From an uncultured Gemmatimonadales bacterium (lineage in GTDB: Bacteria > Gemmatimonadota > Gemmatimonadetes > Longimicrobiales > RSA9): a DNA stretch of 64,000 nt. The position numbers and the translations under genes are program-made. The DNA lies in the NCBI GenBank assembly GCA_963741945.1, contig CAVUKA010000004.1, positions 128,001-192,000 of the forward strand, read 5' to 3'. The notes under the pieces are model-generated. The model ran no database searches. It was not told the origin of the DNA and saw only the letters and a list, made by a program, of their open reading frames with translations. Positions 57,368 through 64,000 of the stretch are shown in pieces (the stretch's first letter is position 1; the number at the start of each line of letters is the position of its first letter).

Positions 57368-58696
57368 GTGCAACTCGTCTGGCACAGGGATGACCTGCGG
57401 ATCCACGATCACCCGGGGCTCGCCGCCGCCGTATCGGAGGGGCCGACGGTCGGGCTGGTGATCCTGGACGCGGGGGCACAGGCGAGTAGCGTGCGCCCCC
57501 GCGATGCCTTCTTTCTTCAGTGCGTCTCGGCGCTCCGCGACCAGTACCGCGACCGCGGGAGCACGGTCCTCGTGCGTTCCGGGAAGGTGCAGGACGTGCT
57601 CCCGGCCGTGGTCCGGGAGCTCGGTGACGTGGAAGCCGTGCACATTCTCGCCGCCGTCGCCCCGTCCGACAGGCGGGATGAGGACGTGGCCGGCCGCACC
57701 CTCACGTCGGTCGGCGTTCCTCTCAGGCTGTACCCGGGCGCCTACGTGCACCCCCCCGGCGTGGTCCGCACCGCCGCGGACACGTTCTACACCGTCTTTG
57801 CGCCCTATTTCCGCCGCTGGCGCGCGGTCGGCGCGGCCACGCCTCTCACGCCACCGGGTCGGATCCCCACCCCCGGGAACCTCGAGCACGTGGAGCCCGG
57901 AGCCGTGCCTGCCCCGCGCACCGGCGTTCAGCTGCCAGCGGCCGGGGAGACGGCCGCCCTCCATGCCCTCGAAATGTTCGTTTCGGAACGCCTCGCCGAC
58001 TACCCGCGTCAGCGCGACCGCCTCGATGGGAGGGGCACCTCCCATCTCTCCCCCTGGCTCGCGGTCGGCGCTCTCTCTGCCCGCACGGCGGCCGCCCGGG
58101 CGGAAGACGGTCCGGAGCGTGGCCCGGCCGCCGAGAAGTGGCTTTCCGAGCTCGCCTGGCGGGACTTCCTCGCCGACCTGCTCTATCACCGCCCCCACCT
58201 TCTGGAATCGCCGTTCGATCCGCGTTGGCATGCCCTCGAATGGCCGGGCGGTGAGGAGCGTTTCGCCGCGTGGCGCGACGGCCGGACCGGCGTGGCGGCG
58301 GTGGACGCGGCCATGCGACAGCTGGCCCGCACCGGCTGGATCTCGAACCGTGCACGCATGGTCGCCGCCCAGTTCCTGGCGAAGAACCTGCGCGTGGACT
58401 GGCGCCGGGGTGCCGCACTGTTCGAGCGCCGCTTGGTCGACGCAGACACCGCTTCCAACACCGGCAACTGGCAGTGGGCCGCTGGACTGGGAATCGACAA
58501 CGCTCCCTATTTCCGCGTCATGAACCCGAATAGCCAGGCGCGAACGCACGATCCCGACGGCGAGTGGGTCCGCCGCTGGGCGCCCGATTCTGCTGGCGCT
58601 GACGCACGGCTGAAACCCATCGTGGACCTTGCCGCTTCCCGCGCCGCGTACATCGAAGCGGCCCGGACGGCGCACTCGAGCGGGCCCCCGGTGTAG
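57368..58696 (+). CDS. phrB: Deoxyribodipyrimidine photolyase
   Basis: WHRDDLRIHDHP, TSHLSPWL, ELAWRDF, WRDGRTG...VDAAMRQL, NRARM, NTGNWQW, DPDGEWVRRW. Confidence 0.92.
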   Translation: MQLVWHRDDLRIHDHPGLAAAVSEGPTVGLVILDAGAQASSVRPRDAFFLQCVSALRDQYRDRGSTVLVRSGKVQDVLPAVVRELGDVEAVHILAAVAPSDRRDEDVAGRTLTSVGVPLRLYPGAYVHPPGVVRTAADTFYTVFAPYFRRWRAVGAATPLTPPGRIPTPGNLEHVEPGAVPAPRTGVQLPAAGETAALHALEMFVSERLADYPRQRDRLDGRGTSHLSPWLAVGALSARTAAARAEDGPERGPAAEKWLSELAWRDFLADLLYHRPHLLESPFDPRWHALEWPGGEERFAAWRDGRTGVAAVDAAMRQLARTGWISNRARMVAAQFLAKNLRVDWRRGAALFERRLVDADTASNTGNWQWAAGLGIDNAPYFRVMNPNSQARTHDPDGEWVRRWAPDSAGADARLKPIVDLAASRAAYIEAARTAHSSGPPV

Positions 58697-58748
58697 CATG
58701 GACTGTCCGAATTCCCGGCGCTCGCGCGTTCAACGGCTGGAGCCATCA

Positions 58749-59594
58749 ATGAGGACCACCAGGCTGTCTCTCGCATTCGTCGTCGTCTCGACCCTCGCCC
58801 TCCTCCCGGGCGCGGCTCGGGCTCAGGGCCAGTTCATCACCGGCCTGGTGATCGACGACACTTCCGAGGAGCCTCTCGACGGCGTCCACCTGGTGCTCCT
58901 GGACCGTGACGGCGTCCAGCGCTCCGAAACCCTCTCCGATTCCGCCGGCGCGTTCGCCCTCACTGCACCGGCGCCGGGGGATTGGACGCTCTCCGCGGAC
59001 ATCATTGGCCACGCACCGGTCCACTCCGAGCCTCTCGGCCTGGGACTCGGCGAACGGATCTCGGTCGAGGTCCGCATGGCCGTCGCCGCCGTCCCCCTCG
59101 AGCCGATCGTCGTCAAGGGGCGTGCGAACCTGAGCCCCGACATCCGGGAATTCTACGAGCGACGGAAGAAGGGCGAGCGCTCGGGCTTCGGACGCTATTT
59201 GACGGCCGCCGATATCGATGAACGCCGGCCCATGGAGGCTACGGACCTCTTCTACGCCATCCCTGGCGTGCGCGTCGTTTCCGGTGCGACCGGCGCCGGC
59301 CGCAGCCTGCGCATGACCGCCGGCTGCATCCCCGCCGTCTTCATCGACGGGATGCAGATCAACCGTTTTCGCGCCAACGAATCCATCGACGACTACCTCC
59401 CCGTGTTCTCCATCGAGGGGATCGAGGTCTACCGCGGCGCCGGCTACCAGGTGGGTCGCTTCGTCGACCCGAATGGGTGCGGGCTCGTGCTCATCTGGAC
59501 GAAGCGCGGCGAGATGGATCCGGGCGGACACTTCTCCTGGAAGAAGCTCGCCGTCGGCCTCGGCCTCGTGGCCGCCGTCTTCCTGATCCTCTGA
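58749..59594 (+). CDS. Exported carboxypeptidase-regulatory-like plus TonB-plug-like protein with C-terminal TM anchor
   Basis: Signal peptide; ITGLVIDD...[23 protein letters not shown]...CIPAVFIDG...IEGIEVYRG...[25 protein letters not shown]. Confidence 0.78.
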   Translation: MRTTRLSLAFVVVSTLALLPGAARAQGQFITGLVIDDTSEEPLDGVHLVLLDRDGVQRSETLSDSAGAFALTAPAPGDWTLSADIIGHAPVHSEPLGLGLGERISVEVRMAVAAVPLEPIVVKGRANLSPDIREFYERRKKGERSGFGRYLTAADIDERRPMEATDLFYAIPGVRVVSGATGAGRSLRMTAGCIPAVFIDGMQINRFRANESIDDYLPVFSIEGIEVYRGAGYQVGRFVDPNGCGLVLIWTKRGEMDPGGHFSWKKLAVGLGLVAAVFLIL

Positions 59595-59673
59595 CCCGCC
59601 ACGCCTTGGTCCCCGCCACCGTCGGCCCTACATTGTCGCCCCGTTCACGACGCAACCGCAGGGAGGCGAACCC

Positions 59674-59880
59674 ATGCCGGACCACGTGTACAAGAAGGTC
59701 GAGCTCACCGGATCCTCCTCCAATGGCATCGACGACGCTGTCCGCAGCGCGGTGGCCAAGGCCAGCGAGACCATCCACAACCTGCGCTGGTTCGAGGTGG
59801 ACGAGATCCGCGGGCACATCGAGAATGGACGGGTGGCTCACTGGCAGGTCACCGTGAAGATCGGGTTCACGGTGGACTGA
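59674..59880 (+). CDS. Dodecin (flavin-binding)
   Basis: [37 protein letters not shown]. Confidence 0.95.
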   Translation: MPDHVYKKVELTGSSSNGIDDAVRSAVAKASETIHNLRWFEVDEIRGHIENGRVAHWQVTVKIGFTVD

Positions 59881-59941
59881 GTTCAGGCCGGGCGATCACC
59901 TACCCGGTCGGCGCCCCGGGTCGCGCGACCGATCGCCGGCC

Positions 59942-60856
59942 TCAGGGGGCGAGGCGCTCGAGCAGCTCCCGCATCGCCACATCGTTCGGGTCCGGCGACG
60001 GATCGTCATCCGCGATATCGCCCCTTCGCTGGGGCGTTTCGAGGATCAGCGGGATGCCCTTGCTCCGCGGGTCCGCCAGCAGCCACCGGAACGGCTCCTC
60101 GCCGATCTCCCCTTCCCCGATCAGCGCGTGGCGGTCCCGGTTCGTCCCCGGTCCGTACTGACTGTCGTTCAGGTGGAAGAAAGCCGGCGGCTTCCCCGTG
60201 GCCGTCTCGAACGCGTCCAGCGTCTCCCGCAACGCCGCCTCCGAGCTGGCGATGTCATGGCCCGCGCTGAACAGGTGGCACGTATCCAGCCCGTATCCCG
60301 TCCGCCCCCGGAGCGACGACGGCACGCCGTCGAGGATCGTCCCGATTTCCTCCGCCGTCCGGCCTATGGTGTTTCCGGCCCCCGCCGTGTTCTCCACCCA
60401 CACGCGGGTCTCGGAGTCCACGCTCTCCAGCGCCGCCGTGATCGCTTCACTCACCCACTCCAGCGCCTGCTCCACGTCTCCCTTTCCCGCGCTCCCCGGG
60501 TGGAAACACACGCCCCGGGCACCGATGGCGCTCGATCGCTCCAGCTCCTTGCGGAGCCCCGCGTGCGCCCGGCCCCGCTTCTCCGCGTCCAGGTTCGCCG
60601 TGTTCAGCACGTACGCCGCGTGCACCACCACGTTCCCGGCAGCGAGACCGGTCTCATCCAGAGCGGCGCGAAAGCGCTCCACCCGCTCTTCCCGGATGCC
60701 GGAACGGTCCCCGTAGAACCGCGGGATGGTCGTGAACAGCTGAAGGGCCTCGAAACCGGCCGCCTTCGCACGGCGGACTGCCATCTCGATGCCGCCATTG
60801 TCGATCGTGTGCGCCCCGAAGATGTAGTGACTCGCCATCCGCTTCTTCGCCTCCAT
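59942..60856 (-). CDS. nfo: Endonuclease IV
   Basis: FGAH, HAAYVLN, FHPGS, ENTAG, LDTCH, HLNDS, DRH, ILETP. Start 60856 or 60838. Confidence 0.92.
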   Translation of the reverse strand: MEAKKRMASHYIFGAHTIDNGGIEMAVRRAKAAGFEALQLFTTIPRFYGDRSGIREERVERFRAALDETGLAAGNVVVHAAYVLNTANLDAEKRGRAHAGLRKELERSSAIGARGVCFHPGSAGKGDVEQALEWVSEAITAALESVDSETRVWVENTAGAGNTIGRTAEEIGTILDGVPSSLRGRTGYGLDTCHLFSAGHDIASSEAALRETLDAFETATGKPPAFFHLNDSQYGPGTNRDRHALIGEGEIGEEPFRWLLADPRSKGIPLILETPQRRGDIADDDPSPDPNDVAMRELLERLAP

Positions 60857-60903
60857 GGCCTCGAGCGCCTCCGCCCGCCACACCCCCGCGAGCGCGGCCG
60901 TTC

Positions 60904-62700
60904 CTAGTGGTCCTGCCTCACCGTCGTGATCCCCGGCAGGCCCGGGAGCACCAGCCCCGTGCCCACACCGTAGCCGCCCGGGAGGTCGATCGGAAGTCGC
61001 CCCGTTATGGGCGCCGCTCCCGACAGCGCCGCCGCCGCGGCCTCCTGGCTCGCCGCTTCCCTGTCCCACGCCAGCAGGTACGTCCCGGCGTGCGGGAGCT
61101 GGCGCAGCAGGTACGGGTCCCCGAACGAGACCACCACGGCGCCCGCGCCGGCAAGCTCGTCGGCCAGTGCTCCGACCGGATCCGGTAGTCCCAGTCCGCC
61201 CTTCCCCGGCACCGCACGGACGAAGCTGGTGAAAAGGACCACGTCCGCACCGCCCGACAGACGGCGCACCCTGGTCAGATCTCCCGCGTCGGAGGTTCGC
61301 GAGAGGCGCATCGTCAGCACACGGGCACCGCGGCCGGCGAGCGCCCGCTCCAGCTCCAGCCCGGTGTCCCTGCGCACGCGGTCGTCGTAGACAACGAGCA
61401 GGACGGCCCGGCCTTTCAGGGACAACGGCAGGGAGCCGGCCTCCCCACGCACCAGCGTCATCGAGCGCTCCGTCACATGCCGGCTCCACGCCTGGCGAGC
61501 TGCGCTCCCCTCGTCGGGCAGGAGCGCGTCCGGATCCACCAGTCGTCGCTCCCTGAGTCCCGCGGCCGCTTTCGCGCGCAGGACGCGCCGCACGGACTCA
61601 TCGAGCCTCTCCTCCGACAGCCGCCCCCTTCGCACCGCTCGTACCACCGCGTCGATGGCCCTGGCCTCGCCCCGCGGCATGAGCAGCAGGTCCGCCCCTG
61701 CCTGAATTGCTGCGACCGCCACTGCGCCCGTCGAGCCCTGGCGCGTCACCGCGTCCATGTACAGCGCATCCGTGACCACCAGTCCGCCGAACCCCAGTTC
61801 CCCACGCAGCACCCCGGTGATGATCGGCCGTGAGAGCGTGGCCGGCCTCAGCCCACCCGCCGGATCGAGCGCTGGCACCGCCAGGTGTGCCGTCATTACA
61901 CCGGCGACGCCCGCCGCGATCGCCGCACGGAACGGCGCAAGCTCCACACGGTCCAGCCGCGCTCGGTCCGCCCGCAGCACCGGAAGCGCGATGTGGGAGT
62001 CAAGCTCCGTGTCCCCGTGTCCCGGGAAGTGCTTCGCCACGGTCAGGAGCCCGGCCGCCCGCGCACCCTCGATGAACGCAGCCACGCGCTCCGACACCGC
62101 CGCCGGGTCGCTCCCGTACGAGCGCGTGTTGATTACCGGATTGTCGGGATTCACGTTCACGTCCGCCACCGGCGCGAACGCCACGTGCACGCCCGCAGCC
62201 CGGGCCTCCACTCCTGTGATGAACCCCGCCTCCCGCGCGTACGCGGCCGGCCCGGCCGCGGCCAGCGCCATGTTGATCGGAAGGACCGTCGCTCCCTTCA
62301 GTCTCGTCCCCGCCCCCCATTCCAGGTCCGCTGCGACCAGGAGTGGAATGCGAGACGCCTGCTGAAGCTCGTTCAGCCACGCGGCCGTCTCGGCCGCGGC
62401 CCCGTTCCCCACGATCATCGCCCCCACACCCTCTTCGCGGACCAGCCGCAGCGCCCGCTCCCTTTCCGCACTGCCTTCGGCAGGCCGGCCGCCTTCGAGC
62501 CACGCCACCACCACCTGTGCCGCCTTCTCTCGCAGCGTCAGCGCCGAGGCGATCGAATCGACCCACGCATCGTCTTCCGGCGACAGGGACTCCCCGATCA
62601 CGGTCCCCCGGTGGTACGCCGCCGGTATCGACCGCGACGGCGTACCGGCAAGCTGCGCGAATATCATGACCAGGGAGAACACAATTTCGGCCAGAATCAT
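60904..62700 (-). CDS. Glycoside hydrolase family 3 (beta-N-acetylhexosaminidase-like)
   Basis: AADLEWG, FAPVADVN.NP.NPVIN.RS, KHFPGHGDTELDSH, VTDALYM. Confidence 0.92.
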   Translation of the reverse strand: MILAEIVFSLVMIFAQLAGTPSRSIPAAYHRGTVIGESLSPEDDAWVDSIASALTLREKAAQVVVAWLEGGRPAEGSAERERALRLVREEGVGAMIVGNGAAAETAAWLNELQQASRIPLLVAADLEWGAGTRLKGATVLPINMALAAAGPAAYAREAGFITGVEARAAGVHVAFAPVADVNVNPDNPVINTRSYGSDPAAVSERVAAFIEGARAAGLLTVAKHFPGHGDTELDSHIALPVLRADRARLDRVELAPFRAAIAAGVAGVMTAHLAVPALDPAGGLRPATLSRPIITGVLRGELGFGGLVVTDALYMDAVTRQGSTGAVAVAAIQAGADLLLMPRGEARAIDAVVRAVRRGRLSEERLDESVRRVLRAKAAAGLRERRLVDPDALLPDEGSAARQAWSRHVTERSMTLVRGEAGSLPLSLKGRAVLLVVYDDRVRRDTGLELERALAGRGARVLTMRLSRTSDAGDLTRVRRLSGGADVVLFTSFVRAVPGKGGLGLPDPVGALADELAGAGAVVVSFGDPYLLRQLPHAGTYLLAWDREAASQEAAAAALSGAAPITGRLPIDLPGGYGVGTGLVLPGLPGITTVRQDH

Positions 62701-62907
62701 CGGCCCATTTCACTTCCGGGATGGATGGAGGCGACACGATCAGAGCCTGCCTCCGTCAATTGTTGCTAACGCATTGCCCGCCCGCAAGTTCCTGTTTCCG
62801 CCGACGCCCGGTCAGTCAATGATGATTGAATCCTCTTGACACTCCGCTCTCCATAGTCCACTTTTGCTCGCGACCTCCCAGACAGCCACTCATCGCCCGC
62901 TGGCCGG

Positions 62908-63777
62908 GTGAAGCGGCGGCTGCCCGCCGGCTTGCACCCGTCCGGTGGTGTTCCTTTACGGAGTACGGACACGAGCGTGGACGGCACGACCACGAGGCCG
63001 ATCGGCACCTACGACGTGGCCCGCGAGGCGGAGGCCCTTATCCGCTGCCTTTCGGGCGTCCTGCACGCTTCCGTCCACGCGGGCCTCGGCGGGATCGACG
63101 CGATCCACGTCACCGCAATGGACGCCGAGGACGCCCGCGGCATGCCCGCCCGCATTCGCTCCGCTCTCCTCGCCGGCCTCGCGACCCCCGTCCTCCCCGC
63201 CCGGATCCACGTCCGGACGGCCGAAGCTGGCGACCCCGTGGACACCACCCTCGGCGCACCCACCCCACAGCCCCGGGCGACCCCTCACACCGGCCGACCG
63301 CTGCGCCTGCTCGGTTCGCCCCCGGCGGAGCACGCCCACGAGCCGATCCACCAGCGGGATGCCGATCCCGGCAAGGTCGCTCAGGAAGACCAGCGCAGGG
63401 AACCGACCTACACCGGCACCCCTCACCTCGTCGCCGTGGACCTCGATCGCCCCGGCGACGGACGCGTGCTCTGTCGCGTCTCTGTCGCCTTCGACGCACA
63501 CGTCCACCGCGCCGAGGCCGCCGCCATCGACCTCCCCGGGGCCGCCGCTCACGCTGCCGCCCAGGCCACCGTCGGCGCTCTCGTCGATGCCGGCCTCACC
63601 GGCCTCGAGCTCGGCGGCCTCCGGGAAGTCGAGATCGCCGGACGCGACTACGTCCTCGTCGCCCTGCGACGCACGGACACATGCATCCGACACCGCTCCG
63701 GGAGCGCTCCCGTCCTCGACGCCCCCGAGCGCGCCGCCGCCCGCGCCACCGTGGCCGCGGCCAACGATATCCTGTAA
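62908..63777 (+). CDS. Hypothetical protein
   Basis: 289-aa ORF with C-ending codon bias; two folded-looking regions joined by a Pro-rich linker. Start uncertain. Confidence 0.65.
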   Translation: MKRRLPAGLHPSGGVPLRSTDTSVDGTTTRPIGTYDVAREAEALIRCLSGVLHASVHAGLGGIDAIHVTAMDAEDARGMPARIRSALLAGLATPVLPARIHVRTAEAGDPVDTTLGAPTPQPRATPHTGRPLRLLGSPPAEHAHEPIHQRDADPGKVAQEDQRREPTYTGTPHLVAVDLDRPGDGRVLCRVSVAFDAHVHRAEAAAIDLPGAAAHAAAQATVGALVDAGLTGLELGGLREVEIAGRDYVLVALRRTDTCIRHRSGSAPVLDAPERAAARATVAAANDIL

Positions 63778-63986
63778 CCGCCGCCACGATGGCGCTGAAC
63801 GAAAACCGGACCTCGGTACACACGGCCCACGGGCCTGAGAGAACATGGCAAGGAGATAATCAGGACTAACGGAGCCCCCCGCCGGCGAAAACCAGTCAAG
63901 GTCTCAGCGGAGCCTGCAGTACCAGCGGAGCGTTCGCGGCCAATTAGCGGAATACGGCCGACGCCACGCGAAAGGAGGTGACGCTT

Positions 63987-64000
63987 ATGACCGAGATGAT
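63987..64000 (+). CDS. 5' end of a CDS running out of the window
   Basis: Full anti-SD match AAAGGAGGTGA 5 nt upstream of ATG ACC GAG ATG. Confidence 0.55.

Noticed and set aside
59886-59940. Imperfect inverted repeat between dodecin and nfo
   Set aside because: No U-tract on either strand; cannot be called a terminator or REP element from one copy
62816-62829. FNR box
   Set aside because: Half-sites read TCAAT/ATTGA, not TTGAT/ATCAA
63780-63986. Riboswitch or ncRNA before the final strong RBS
   Set aside because: No recognisable c-di-GMP or other riboswitch consensus; downstream gene is outside the window

Overview
GC-rich, densely coding bacterial chromosomal window. Gene content (SusC/SusD pair, alternative complex III, VPS10-like and PIG-L/NEW3 secreted proteins, stand-alone TonB-plug proteins) suggests Gemmatimonadota, which is an inference only. 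About 55 CDS can be supported. They include an actA-actB-actC-actD respiratory operon running off the left edge, susC/susD, an orphan gvpL/F, and a lipoprotein + HAMP kinase + thioredoxin-reductase-like operon. A tightly packed 8-gene minus-strand operon links an NtrY/NtrX-like two-component system, an Omp85-like protein, DUF4390 and a YyaL-like protein to luxE/luxC without luciferase genes. Further right are an orphan GspE/PilB ATPase, a nucleotidyltransferase/metallophosphoesterase pair, a LeuD-LeuC-type aconitase-family fusion with a frameshift, PIG-L + small protein + Na+/solute symporter, tdk, rrf2-nirK, photolyase, dodecin, nfo and a GH3. No rRNA, tRNA, CRISPR array or mobile element was recognised. 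The best candidates for an undescribed system are the two-component/Omp85/LuxEC operon, the nucleotidyltransferase/phosphoesterase pair and the barrel-less TonB-plug proteins. All family calls come from motif recognition by eye; no database search was run.
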